A stretch of 63,780 nucleotides of DNA, the filler included, from Actinomycetota bacterium (GTDB lineage: Bacteria > Actinomycetota > Acidimicrobiia > IMCC26256 > VFJJ01), in assembly GCA_009886115.1 (NCBI GenBank). It is 4 parts of 4 records of this genome, joined end to end, with 100 filler letters (N's around TTAATTAATTAA, not from the genome) between each part and the next. Parts side by side here need not be neighbours in the genome. Positions count along the whole stretch, not along the records: positions 18,669 to 41,305 come from VFJJ01000025.1; 3 more parts are not named here. One strand, 5' to 3'. A model generated the notes under the pieces. The model was not told the origin of the DNA, searched no databases, and worked only from the letters and a program-made list of their open reading frames with translations. Positions 27,495 through 36,935 of the stretch are shown here, one piece after another. The translations under genes were made by a program, and so were the position numbers. Numbering within the stretch: position 1 is the stretch's first letter; each line of letters starts with the position of its first letter.

Positions 27495-28358
27495 TCACAG
27501 GGTGATGAGCGCCTCCATCTGCTCGATGTGGTGGCTGCACGACGAGTGCCGGAAACCCACCGTCAAGGCGTCGGCCCCCGCGGCCTCGAACGCGGCGAGG
27601 GCCGTCCGGGTGCCCTCGGGATCGCCGATCGGGTCGAGGGGCTGCACGGTCGGAAGCACGATGCGGGGCGGACGGTCGCGGGCGTCCCATCCCGCGGTCT
27701 GGCTGGCGCGGGCCACCATGGCGCCCATCTCGTCGATCGTGAGCCCGAACGGGATCCACCCGTCAGCGAGCTCCACGGCTCGCCGGAGCGAGCGGTACGT
27801 GCGGCCCCCGATCCAGATCGGCATGTCCTGTTGGAGCGCGCACGGGTCGACGATGAATCCCGAGTACGAGTGGTGCGTGCCCTCGTAGGCGGGCATTCGC
27901 CGCCCGAGCGATGCCCGCAACGCACGCAATGCGTCGTCGCCTCGGGCGCCGCGTTCGGTGAACGCGGCGCCCACGAGATCGAACTCCTCACGGAGCGATC
28001 CGACACCGACGCCGAGTGTCAGCCGCCCGCCACAGACCTGGTCGAGGGTCCCGTAGCGCTTGGCGATCTCGAGGGGATGGTGGTAGCCGAGCACCAACAC
28101 GTAGGTGAGGAAGCGGATGCGCTCGGTGCGCGCGGCCAGGAACCCGAAGGTGGCCAAGGGATCCCAGTACCGTCCGCCGCGCACCTCGGCCACGGCCTCG
28201 GGGATGCCCACGTGCTCGCTACAGGTCATGAACGCGTAGCCGAGACGGTCGGCGGCCTCGGCGATTCGGACCACGTCGCTGAACGGAGCGTCCTCTTCCC
28301 AACGGCCCCGCGCTCGCGGGAGCATGGTCAGCACCGGTGTCGTGATTCCGAGATCCAT
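27495..28358 (-). CDS. F420-dependent LLM-class oxidoreductase (TIGR03619-like)
   Basis: CSEHVGIP, YWDPLATFG, HHPLEIAKRYGTLD, PIWIGGR, ADGWIP. Confidence 0.85.
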   Translation of the reverse strand: MDLGITTPVLTMLPRARGRWEEDAPFSDVVRIAEAADRLGYAFMTCSEHVGIPEAVAEVRGGRYWDPLATFGFLAARTERIRFLTYVLVLGYHHPLEIAKRYGTLDQVCGGRLTLGVGVGSLREEFDLVGAAFTERGARGDDALRALRASLGRRMPAYEGTHHSYSGFIVDPCALQQDMPIWIGGRTYRSLRRAVELADGWIPFGLTIDEMGAMVARASQTAGWDARDRPPRIVLPTVQPLDPIGDPEGTRTALAAFEAAGADALTVGFRHSSCSHHIEQMEALITL

Positions 28359-28450
28359 GCGCCGACACTACGGCGGGTACATGACGGGCTGCCGCGGCGT
28401 CGGTCATCGCGTGTCGCCGTCGGGAGTGCGAGACTCTCGTGGGGGACGGC

Positions 28451-30190
28451 ATGGGACACGACGCGGGTGACAACAAGACCGACGACGGCAAGGTCGTGTC
28501 GTTGTCGGAAGCGATCACGAGGCACATCCGCTCGGGCGACAGCGTGCACGTGATGACGGGTCACTCCCGGTGGACGGCCGCAGCCCGCGAATGGGTGCGT
28601 CAGTGGTACGGGCGCGACGACGGCCGGTTCACCCTGGTGATGCTGAGCCTGTCGAGCCTCGGAACCTTGTTCTTCAAGGGGGGCATGGTCGAGCGGGTGA
28701 TCACCGGGTACTCGGGCGACGTGTTCCCGAACTTCACTCCCAACCGGATCTTCGGCGACGCGTACCAGAGTGGCCGGGTCGCCGTTGAGCACTGGTCGTT
28801 CCTCGCCTATCTGCAGCGGCTCGAGGCTGGAGCGCGCGGGCTCCCCGCGATCGTCACCCGCTCGCTCCAGGGCTCGTCGATGGCCGAGAACAACTCGTTC
28901 GCCATGGTCGCTTCACCGTTCGGGGACGGCGAGATCGGGTTGCTCGCTCCGTTGCAGGCCGACGTCGCCCTACTGCACGGGGCGATCGCCGATCGGGCCG
29001 GCAACGTGGCCTTCGCCGGCCCGATGCTCGAGAACGTGTGGGGAGCACTCGGCGCCCGCCGGGGGGCGATCGTCACCGTCGAGAAGGTCGTCGACGACAT
29101 CAGGCCCTGGGCCCATCTCGTGCGGCTGCCGGCACACCGGGTGCTGGCCGTGTGCGAGACGCCGATGGGTGCGCATCCCGGTGGGTTCTACGCGCTCGGC
29201 CACCATCTGCCGGTCGAGGGCTACGGCGAGGACTACGAGTTCTGGGCCGAGGTGCGTCAGGCGTCGCGGACCCCGGCCTTCGACGAGTGGATCGACGAGT
29301 GGGTGCTGACCCCGAGCACGCATCACGAGTACCTCGAGCGGCTCGGTGCCGGTCGGCTGCAGGCCTTGCGGGCCAAGGCCGATCCCCAGTCGTGGCGGGC
29401 CGAGCAGGCCGCGAACCCACCCGTTTCGGTCGCCGAGGCGCCGGTGAATGCCTGGGAGACGGCGGCCGTGTACGGCGCCCGGTACCTGGCGACCCGGATC
29501 GCTCATCACGACGCCGATGCCGCGCTGGCCGGAGCCGGGGTCGCCAACCTCGCCACCTGGCTCGGTGTCGAGCAGGCCCGGGCCCGTGGCGGTCGAGGCG
29601 CGAGGTGTGTGCTCACGGCCGAGCTCGGGCTGTGGGACTACGAGCCCCAACCGGCCGACCCGTTCGTGTTCAACCACCGCAACTTCCCGACTGCGGTCAT
29701 GCACAGCGACACGTCCTCGGTGCTCGGCATGCTCGTCGGCGCGGCCGGTACCACCACGCTCGCCTGCCTCGGCGCCGCGCAGATCGACCGGCACGGGAGC
29801 ATCAACTCCACGGTCGTGCCCGGGGGCGCGTTCCTCGTGGGCTCGGGGGGCGGCAACGACGTGGTCTCGGTGTGTGCAGAGGCCATGGTGGTGACGACGC
29901 TCACCAAGCGTCGCACCGTCGAGCAGGTCCCCTACATCACGTCGCCGGGTGCACGGGTGCAAGCGCTGTGCACCGACCTGGGGACGTTCGAGAAGCGCGA
30001 CGGGGCGTTCGTGCTGAGCGCTGTCCCCGAAGGCCCCGAGCCCTTGGCCGACAAGATCGAGCGGGTGCGAGCCAACTGTGGCTGGGACCTCGTCGTCGCC
30101 GACGAGCTCGCCGAGTTGCGCGCGCCGACCACGACCGAGGTCGACCGTCTCCGCTCCTGGGACGTCCACGGCTGGTTCCTGCGCGAGTAG
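28451..30190 (+). CDS. Fused alpha/beta family-I CoA-transferase (glutaconate CoA-transferase-like)
   Basis: Alpha half: KVVSLSEAI, QRLEAGARGLP, ALLHGAIADRAGN. Beta half: AGAGVANLA, LTAELG, LGAAQIDRHGSINST, FLVGSGGGND, YITSPG. Confidence 0.8.
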   Translation: MGHDAGDNKTDDGKVVSLSEAITRHIRSGDSVHVMTGHSRWTAAAREWVRQWYGRDDGRFTLVMLSLSSLGTLFFKGGMVERVITGYSGDVFPNFTPNRIFGDAYQSGRVAVEHWSFLAYLQRLEAGARGLPAIVTRSLQGSSMAENNSFAMVASPFGDGEIGLLAPLQADVALLHGAIADRAGNVAFAGPMLENVWGALGARRGAIVTVEKVVDDIRPWAHLVRLPAHRVLAVCETPMGAHPGGFYALGHHLPVEGYGEDYEFWAEVRQASRTPAFDEWIDEWVLTPSTHHEYLERLGAGRLQALRAKADPQSWRAEQAANPPVSVAEAPVNAWETAAVYGARYLATRIAHHDADAALAGAGVANLATWLGVEQARARGGRGARCVLTAELGLWDYEPQPADPFVFNHRNFPTAVMHSDTSSVLGMLVGAAGTTTLACLGAAQIDRHGSINSTVVPGGAFLVGSGGGNDVVSVCAEAMVVTTLTKRRTVEQVPYITSPGARVQALCTDLGTFEKRDGAFVLSAVPEGPEPLADKIERVRANCGWDLVVADELAELRAPTTTEVDRLRSWDVHGWFLRE

Positions 30191-30207
30191 CCCGTCCCAA
30201 CCCCAAA

Positions 30208-30258
30208 CCAAATTTGCGCGGAAATGTGCACGGGGTGAGCAATTCCGCGCACATTTGG
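30208..30258. repeat. Palindrome copy E between convergent genes
   Basis: CCAAATTTGCGCGGAA...TTCCGCGCACATTTGG, 51 bp like copy D. Confidence 0.85.
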
Positions 30259-30299
30259 GGAGTTGGCGGCCTCCAGAACCCAGATCGAGCCAGACCGAT

Positions 30300-31514
30300 C
30301 TAGATCACGCCACGTTCCCGGAGTTGGGCCAGGTCGTCGGCAGTGAGGCCGAGGAGCTCGCTGAACACGGCGTCGGTGTGGGCGCCGAGGAGGGGAGCGC
30401 CGGCCGGGGTCGGCGTGGGCCGACCGACGAAGCGGGGGAAGGGCGCCTGCTGGCGGACGGGCCCGAGCACCGGATCGTCGACCGTCACGAGATCGCCGCG
30501 GGCAGCCATGTGCTCGTCGGCGAAGATGTCGGCGGCCGTGTACGCCGTGCCCACCGGGACGTCGGCAGCGATGCAACGTTCCTCGATCTCGCCCGTGGTC
30601 AACGATGACGTCCAATCGGCGACGACGCCGTTGATCTCGTCGTGGCGGGCGACCCGGGCATCGAGCGTGGCGTAGCGCTCGTCGGTGGCGAGCTCTGGGC
30701 GGCCCATGGCCCGGCACAGACGGCGGAAGTTCTGGTCGGACCCGGCCACGATGCACACGTAGCGCCCGTCGCTGGTGGGGTAGTTGTCGAGGGGGGCACT
30801 GTTCTTGAGCACGTTGCCTTCGCGGCTCCTCACCACGCCCAGGAGGTCGTACGCGGCCAGGGTCCATTCGAGGACCCGCAGCACCGAGCCGTAGAGGAAG
30901 GCGTCGATGACCACGCCCGTCCCGGTATGGCGGACGTCGCGTTCGTAGAGCGCGGCGACGGCGGCGTTGGCGGCGAACACCCCGGTGAGATAGTCGGAGA
31001 TCGTGACCCCGACCCTGACCGGGGGACGGTCGGGGTAGCCGGTGAGATGCAGCAGACCGCCGTAGCCGATGCCCAAGCGGTCGAGCCCGGGACGTTGCGA
31101 GCTGGGCCCGTCCTGGCCGAACACCGAGATGCGCACCGTGACGAGATGTGGCGCCAGGTCGGCCGGGGCGATGTTCCACCCTTCGAGCGTGCCGGGCCGG
31201 AAGTTCTCGACGACCACGTCGGCAGTCGCGGCGAGCTGTCGGAACAGCTCCTGGCCCTTGGCCTGGCGCAGGTCGAGCGTGACCGACCTTCGACCTCGGC
31301 CCTCGACGGCCCAGAACAACGACTGGCCGTCCTTGAACGGCCCGATCTCGCGCATGAAATCGCCGCTTCCGGGCTGCTCGACCTTGATCACGTCGGCGCC
31401 CATCTCGCCGAGCAACCCGGCGCAGAACGGTGCCGCGATGCGCGTCCCCACATCGATGACCCGCAACCCGTGCAAGGGGCCGGGACGGGCGGGGGCGGGG
31501 GCGTCTGCGTTCAT
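30300..31514 (-). CDS. CaiB/BaiF family (family III) CoA-transferase
   Basis: PLHGLRVID, GADVIKVE, ADVVVENFRPGTL, ISDYLTG, APLLGAHT. Confidence 0.95.
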   Translation of the reverse strand: MNADAPAPARPGPLHGLRVIDVGTRIAAPFCAGLLGEMGADVIKVEQPGSGDFMREIGPFKDGQSLFWAVEGRGRRSVTLDLRQAKGQELFRQLAATADVVVENFRPGTLEGWNIAPADLAPHLVTVRISVFGQDGPSSQRPGLDRLGIGYGGLLHLTGYPDRPPVRVGVTISDYLTGVFAANAAVAALYERDVRHTGTGVVIDAFLYGSVLRVLEWTLAAYDLLGVVRSREGNVLKNSAPLDNYPTSDGRYVCIVAGSDQNFRRLCRAMGRPELATDERYATLDARVARHDEINGVVADWTSSLTTGEIEERCIAADVPVGTAYTAADIFADEHMAARGDLVTVDDPVLGPVRQQAPFPRFVGRPTPTPAGAPLLGAHTDAVFSELLGLTADDLAQLRERGVI

Positions 31515-32683
31515 CGGGGCAGTCCGAGCACGCGCTCACCCAACACGTTGCGCTGGATCTCGTTGGACCCCGCGAAGATCGACGCCGCCTGGTAGTAGAG
31601 CCACGACCGTTGCCAGACCCCGTTGCCGGGATTGCCGGTGGCGCCCTTCCACAGCGGCGCGGCCGGGCCCAGCACGGCCATCACGGTCTCGTGCAGACGC
31701 TTCGACATCTCGCTCCAGTACAGCTTGAGTTGTGACCCTTCGGGCCCGGGCTCGAGCCCTTTCTCGAAGCGTGAGAGGGTCCGCCAGTTGTGCAGTTGGA
31801 ACAGCTTGACCTCGACATAGGCGTCGGCGAGACGCCGCTCGATGCGCGGATCGTCATACACCCCTTGGTCGAGCGCCAGACGGAGCAGCTCCTCGAGCAG
31901 TTGGATGTGCACCTGCAGCTGCCGGGGGTTGGTGCCCCGCTCGTACGAGAGGGTCTTCGACGACACGTTCCAACCGTCGTGCTCGGCGCCGATGAGCTGA
32001 TCGTCGGGCACGAACACGTCGGTGAAGAACACCTCGTTGAAGTCGGGCTCGCCGGTGTTCTGCACCAATGGGCGCACGTCGACACCCTCAGATCGCATGT
32101 CGATCACGAGGTAGGAGATGCCCTTGTGCTTGGGCACATCGGGGTTCGAGCGGGCCAGGCAAACGCCCCACGTCGCGAACTGCGCATACGACGTCCAGAC
32201 CTTCTGGCCGTTGACGATCCAGCCGCCGTCGATGCGCTCGGCCCGGGTCGAGACGGCCGCCAGGTCGGAGCCGGCGCCGGGCTCGCTGAAGAGCTGGCAC
32301 CACATCTCGTCGGCGCAGAGGATCTTCGGAAGCCAGCGCTGCTTCTGCTCGGAGCTGGCCCAGTGCAGCAGCGTCGGACCCACGAGGTTGATCCCGATCC
32401 GGCCGACCAGCTCGGGGGCTCGGGCCTGGGCCAGCTCCTCCTGCACGATGTAGTGCTCGTTCGGGCCGGCGCCCCGGCCGCCGTACTCCTCGGGCCAGTA
32501 CACGCCGACCCACCGTCCGTCGGCCAGCTTCGCCTGCCACTCGCGGCCGAACGCCACCTCCTCGGCTAGGTCGTCGAAGCGCGGTGGAAGACCCCGGCCG
32601 TACTCCCACGGGAGATTGGCGCGCAGCCAGGTTCGGAGCTCGGCTCGGAACGCTTGCTGGGCCGGGGTCTGCGAGAGGTCCAT
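31511..32683 (-). CDS. Acyl-CoA dehydrogenase (catalytic-type subunit)
   Basis: WCQLFSEPGAGSDLA, NGQKVWTS, FNEVFF, TLSYERG, SIFAGSNEIQRN. Confidence 0.95.
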   Translation of the reverse strand: MDLSQTPAQQAFRAELRTWLRANLPWEYGRGLPPRFDDLAEEVAFGREWQAKLADGRWVGVYWPEEYGGRGAGPNEHYIVQEELAQARAPELVGRIGINLVGPTLLHWASSEQKQRWLPKILCADEMWCQLFSEPGAGSDLAAVSTRAERIDGGWIVNGQKVWTSYAQFATWGVCLARSNPDVPKHKGISYLVIDMRSEGVDVRPLVQNTGEPDFNEVFFTDVFVPDDQLIGAEHDGWNVSSKTLSYERGTNPRQLQVHIQLLEELLRLALDQGVYDDPRIERRLADAYVEVKLFQLHNWRTLSRFEKGLEPGPEGSQLKLYWSEMSKRLHETVMAVLGPAAPLWKGATGNPGNGVWQRSWLYYQAASIFAGSNEIQRNVLGERVLGLPR

Positions 32684-32688
32684 CGGCG

Positions 32689-32750
32689 GGGATCGTAACG
32701 GGGCCCGACGGGCGGCCGCGGCGTGTGGTTCTCGCCCCCGTTACGATCCC
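32689..32750. promoter_or_regulatory. 15-bp inverted repeat containing both divergent -10 elements (TACGAT)
   Basis: GGGATCGTAACGGGG (32689-32703) / CCCCGTTACGATCCC (32736-32750). Confidence 0.7.
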
Positions 32751-32753
32751 GGC

Positions 32754-33932
32754 GTGGATTTCGAGCTCGACGACGACCAGGTGGCGCTGCGCGACGCGGC
32801 CCATGAGCTGCTCTCGGTGATGGCGACGCCGGCGCACGTTCGAGCGGTGGCCGGCGGACCCGACGGTGCGGGGCAGCAGCCGTACGACCGGGCGCTCTGG
32901 GCGGCCATGATCGAGCAGGGCTGGATGGGCGTGATGACCCCTGAGAGTCAAGGGGGACTTGGCCTCGGACTGGTGGAGGTCGCGGTGCTCTGCGAGGAGA
33001 TCGGCCGGAACGTTGCCCCCGTCCCCTTCCTGCCCAGCCTGCTCGCCCTCGCTGCCATCGGTGCCGCCGATCGCGCCGGTGGCGATGTGGCCGACCGATG
33101 GGCCGATCGGCTCGTGACGGGCGAGTCGATCGGCGCCGTCGCCTGGTCTCGCGAGGTACGAGTGGACGCGCAGGTCGATGGCGGCGACGGAACCTGGCGC
33201 CTCACCGGTCGGTGCGAGCCGTCGGTGGCCGCGCCGGTCGCCGATGTGCTCGTCGTCGTGGCCACGTTGCCCCTCGACCACCGCGCCCAGCATGGCCAGG
33301 TGGGCCTCTTCGCTGTCGAGTGCGCTGCCCAGGGATCCCTGGGATCCCTGGGATCCCAGGGATTCAGTCGTCCCAAGGCCGAGCCGGCCATGGACCAGAC
33401 CCGCACGCTGGGCTGGGTCACCTTCGAGAATGCACCCGCGATCATGATCGGCGGGGTCGACGCCGTGCGTGCCCTCTGCGACTCGGCCGCGGTCGGCGTG
33501 AGCGCCGAGATGCTGGGCGGAGCCAGTCGGGCCATGGAGATGACCGTCGAGTACGCCAAGGAGCGGGTGCAGTTCGACAAGCCCATCGGTAGCTTCCAGG
33601 CCGTGAAACACCGCTGCGCAGACATGCTCGTCGACGTCGAAGGCATGCGCTCGGCCGTGTACTACGCAGCGTGGAGCGTGGGGGCCGGCACCGACGACGC
33701 GTCGGTGGCCGCGAGCACGGCCAAGATCTGGTGCTCCGACGCCGCCCGCCGGGTGATGGCCTCGGCCCTGCAGGTGCACGGCGGGATCGGCTTCACCTGG
33801 GAGCACGATCTGCACCTGTACCTGAAGCGCTCGCAGCTCGATCAGGTGAGCTTCGGTGACGCCGACCACCATCGCAGCCGCCTCACCGCGTTGCTGCGCC
33901 CCAAGGTCGAAGCCGGTCAGTCGGTGCTCTGA
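32754..33932 (+). CDS. Acyl-CoA dehydrogenase (partner/beta-type subunit)
   Basis: YAKERVQFDKPIGSFQAVKH, QVHGGIGFTWEHDLHLYLKR; lacks the typical SEPxAGSD motif. Confidence 0.9.
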   Translation: MDFELDDDQVALRDAAHELLSVMATPAHVRAVAGGPDGAGQQPYDRALWAAMIEQGWMGVMTPESQGGLGLGLVEVAVLCEEIGRNVAPVPFLPSLLALAAIGAADRAGGDVADRWADRLVTGESIGAVAWSREVRVDAQVDGGDGTWRLTGRCEPSVAAPVADVLVVVATLPLDHRAQHGQVGLFAVECAAQGSLGSLGSQGFSRPKAEPAMDQTRTLGWVTFENAPAIMIGGVDAVRALCDSAAVGVSAEMLGGASRAMEMTVEYAKERVQFDKPIGSFQAVKHRCADMLVDVEGMRSAVYYAAWSVGAGTDDASVAASTAKIWCSDAARRVMASALQVHGGIGFTWEHDLHLYLKRSQLDQVSFGDADHHRSRLTALLRPKVEAGQSVL

Positions 33933-35598
33933 GCCGAGTCCCGGCGGCGATGGCCCGGAGCGCGGCGCGGTCGGGCTTGCCGGCGGGCAGCAAGGGGAGC
34001 GCGTCGAGCGTGACGATCCGTTCGGGGGTCTTGAAGCGGGTCACGCCACGCCCGGCGAACCAGCCGCGGCACGTCTCGAGATCGAACGCGGCGCCCGGGA
34101 CCGTCACCACGAAGGCGCACACCTTCTCGCCGAGTCGCTCGTCGGGCTCGCCGACAGCAACCGCTTGGCGCACCTGGGGATGGGCCTCCAGATGGGCTTC
34201 GACCTCGGCGGCCGAGATGTTCTCGCCCCCACGGATGATGACGTCCTTGATGCGCCCCACGACCGTGAGCCAGCCCTGGCCGTCGACGCGGCCGAGATCG
34301 CCGGTGCGATACCAGCCCCGGGTGTGCGCGGCGGCCGTCTGGGAGGCGTCGGCGTAGCCCACGAACAGCTCGGGGCCCCGCACCCACACCTCGCCGCTGG
34401 TTCCCGTCGGGCACGGCCGCAGCGTGACGGGATCACCGATGCGGATCTCGACCTCGCCGGTGGGCAGCCCGTCGGTCTCGACCGCTCGGGCGTGATCGAA
34501 CGGGGCCGCGCCGGTTGACGCCGCGGCCGACGGCGTCGTCGCGATCGTCGGGGCTTCGGTGCTGCCGTACGTTCGCTTCACCGTGGCACCGAGGGCGTCG
34601 GTGGCCGTCTCGACGAACGCCGGGCTGACCCCGGCGCCGCCACTCGACACCAGTCGTAGGCTGGCCACGCGCTCGGCGCTGAAACCGTTGGCGTTCATGA
34701 GCCCCAGGAAAAACGTGGGCGGCCCGATCATGAACGAGATCCGCTCGCGTTCGATCACCTCGACGGCCTGCTCGGGGTCCCAGCGGTCGACGAGCACGGT
34801 GGTCATCGGCACAGCGCCCGGGACGAGCACGCCGTTCAGGAGCCCCGAGATGTGAGCCATCGGAGCGGGCATCAGCACGGCGTCGCCCGCACCGAGACCG
34901 TGGATCTCGGTCATGAGCCGGGCCTTCCACGCCAGGCCTCGCTGGGAGTGCAGCACCGCCTTGGGTGAGCCGGTCGAGCCGCTGGTGAACAGAACCGCAG
35001 CGAGGTCGGTGGGTCGCGCAGCACCGGCTCCCGCGCCCGGCATGATCGGAGCCCCGTCGATGAGGTCGAACGAGCCGCCGCCCACGCCTCGCACCGGCAC
35101 GATCGTGGGACGGTGCGCCAGCGGAAGGTCGCTCGCCGCGAAGCCCAACACCGGCCGTGCGATCTGCAAGAGATGATCGAGCTCGGCTTCCCCGGCGAGA
35201 TGGTGGATGGGGACGGCCACCGCCCCGAGACGCCAGCACGCCCGGTACAGGAGGTGGGCCTCGTGCCAATTGGGGAGCTGCCAGGCGACGGCATCGTGGC
35301 GACGCACGCCCGCCGCGCGGAGCCCCCCGGCCAGACGGGCGACGCGGGCCTCGACCTCGCCGCCGGTGAACCGCAACGGACCGGCGCGAACCGACAGATC
35401 GACCAGGAGCGTGCGACGGCTCGCCGAAGGGGCTGCGGCCGCTGCGCTGAGTACGGCGTCGAGCGATGGCCCGTCCCACGGCCCGCCGCTTCGACGGTAC
35501 CGCGCCGCCCGGGCGTGGACATGGGTGGCCCGCAACCGCGGCTGGCCCGGCCCGAGCCTCGCTGGCGTGGTGGGGAGCGGCTCGGCCGCGCCCCTCAC
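33883..35598 (-). CDS. AMP-binding acyl-CoA synthetase
   Basis: LFTSGSTGSPKA, YGSTE, WYRTGDLG, GRIKDVIIRGGENI, GKPDR; the GTG start overlapping the upstream stop is inferred. Confidence 0.9.
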   Translation of the reverse strand: MRGAAEPLPTTPARLGPGQPRLRATHVHARAARYRRSGGPWDGPSLDAVLSAAAAAPSASRRTLLVDLSVRAGPLRFTGGEVEARVARLAGGLRAAGVRRHDAVAWQLPNWHEAHLLYRACWRLGAVAVPIHHLAGEAELDHLLQIARPVLGFAASDLPLAHRPTIVPVRGVGGGSFDLIDGAPIMPGAGAGAARPTDLAAVLFTSGSTGSPKAVLHSQRGLAWKARLMTEIHGLGAGDAVLMPAPMAHISGLLNGVLVPGAVPMTTVLVDRWDPEQAVEVIERERISFMIGPPTFFLGLMNANGFSAERVASLRLVSSGGAGVSPAFVETATDALGATVKRTYGSTEAPTIATTPSAAASTGAAPFDHARAVETDGLPTGEVEIRIGDPVTLRPCPTGTSGEVWVRGPELFVGYADASQTAAAHTRGWYRTGDLGRVDGQGWLTVVGRIKDVIIRGGENISAAEVEAHLEAHPQVRQAVAVGEPDERLGEKVCAFVVTVPGAAFDLETCRGWFAGRGVTRFKTPERIVTLDALPLLPAGKPDRAALRAIAAGTRLRAPTDRLRPWGAATR

Positions 35599-36818
35599 AG
35601 CGCCCAACCGGGGCTGGAGGTCGTGCGCCCCTTGAGCACGTTGGTGCCGATGAAGTTGCGCTGGGCCTCGATGGTGCCGGCGCCGATGCACAGCCCACGG
35701 ATGTCGCGGTACGCCCGTTCGACGGGATACTCGCGTGAGTACCCGTACCCGCCGAGGAGCTGGATGGCCTCGTCGCACACGAACTTGGCCGCCAGGTTGC
35801 ACGCGGCCTTGGCCATCGCGGTCTCGAGCGCCGGCGGTGTGCCGCCCGCCCCGGCCAGGTGCACCGCCCGGTAGAGCAGCAACCGGGCCCCTTCGAGCTG
35901 GGTGGCCATGTCGGCGATCTTCCACTGCAGGCCCTGCAGCTCGGCGATGGGATGTCCGTTGACCACGCGGTCGTTCATGTAGCGGATCGCGTGTTCGAGC
36001 GCGCCCTGCGCCGCTCCCGTGCACATGGCGGCGTTGCCGCAACGCTCGTGGTTGAGATGCCCGAGCAGCACCTTGAAGGCCTCGGTGTTGCCCGGATCGC
36101 CGGCGATGAGGATGTCGTCGGGCTCGATGGGAACGTCGTCGAACGCCAACTCCCCCTCGGTCGCGGCGTGGATGCCCATGTTGTGATGCGTCCCCACGAG
36201 CGACACGCCGGGACGGTCGAAGGGAACGATCACGGCGCCGATCCCTTTGGCCCCTTGGCCTCCCGGCCAACGACACCACACCAGGCTCGCGGATGCGGCG
36301 TGGGCGAGCGTCGAGTAGTTCTTGTACCCGTTGAGGCGGAAGCCGCCATGCCCGTCGTCGACGAGGTGGGTGCGCATGTTCTGGACGGCCGAGCCGGCGT
36401 CGGGTTCGGTGATGCCGATGCTGATGATGGCCTCGCCCGCCGCGCACGCCGGAAGCCACCGCTGCTTCATCCGCTCGTTCCCGAGGTGCTCGATGCCTCG
36501 GGGCGGACCGTTGAACGTGAGCTGGCAGGTGACAGCCGTCGACACGTCGGCTCGAGCGATCTCTTCGAGGACGATCGCCCCTTCGACGTCGCCGTAGCCC
36601 AGCCCGCCCCACTCCTCGCCGATCGTCACGCGGTAGAGGTCGGCGGCGGCGATCGCCTTGCGGGCCTCGGTGGGCAGCTCGCCGGTCTCGTCGTGGTGCT
36701 GGGCCCGGGGGGCGACCTCCCGGGCGGCGATCTCGCGAGCCAGGTGCCGGAGCGCCTGCTGGTCGTCGGTCTCGGCGAGCAGATCGTGACCGGGATCGTC
36801 GTGGGGCCCGTGTGCCAT
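35595..36818 (-). CDS. Acyl-CoA dehydrogenase
   Basis: ITEPDAGS, LNGYKNY, LNHERCG, IQLLGGYGYSREYPVERAYRD, GAGTIEAQR. Confidence 0.95.
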   Translation of the reverse strand: MAHGPHDDPGHDLLAETDDQQALRHLAREIAAREVAPRAQHHDETGELPTEARKAIAAADLYRVTIGEEWGGLGYGDVEGAIVLEEIARADVSTAVTCQLTFNGPPRGIEHLGNERMKQRWLPACAAGEAIISIGITEPDAGSAVQNMRTHLVDDGHGGFRLNGYKNYSTLAHAASASLVWCRWPGGQGAKGIGAVIVPFDRPGVSLVGTHHNMGIHAATEGELAFDDVPIEPDDILIAGDPGNTEAFKVLLGHLNHERCGNAAMCTGAAQGALEHAIRYMNDRVVNGHPIAELQGLQWKIADMATQLEGARLLLYRAVHLAGAGGTPPALETAMAKAACNLAAKFVCDEAIQLLGGYGYSREYPVERAYRDIRGLCIGAGTIEAQRNFIGTNVLKGRTTSSPGWAL

Positions 36819-36935
36819 GCCCGACACGCTAGCCACGTCGTCGAGCCACCACCCAGGCCAGCGAGAGGTGGTCGCGAGGTTCGTCCTGCGGCGCTCGCCG
36901 GCGACGACGGCTCGGCGTTCGGCTCGGCGGCTCGG

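Noticed and set aside
1854..30258. Palindromes considered as a CRISPR array or integron attC sites
   Set aside because: They are dispersed over kilobases with no repeat-spacer periodicity, no cas or integron-integrase gene, and no RYYYAAC/GTTRRRY ends.
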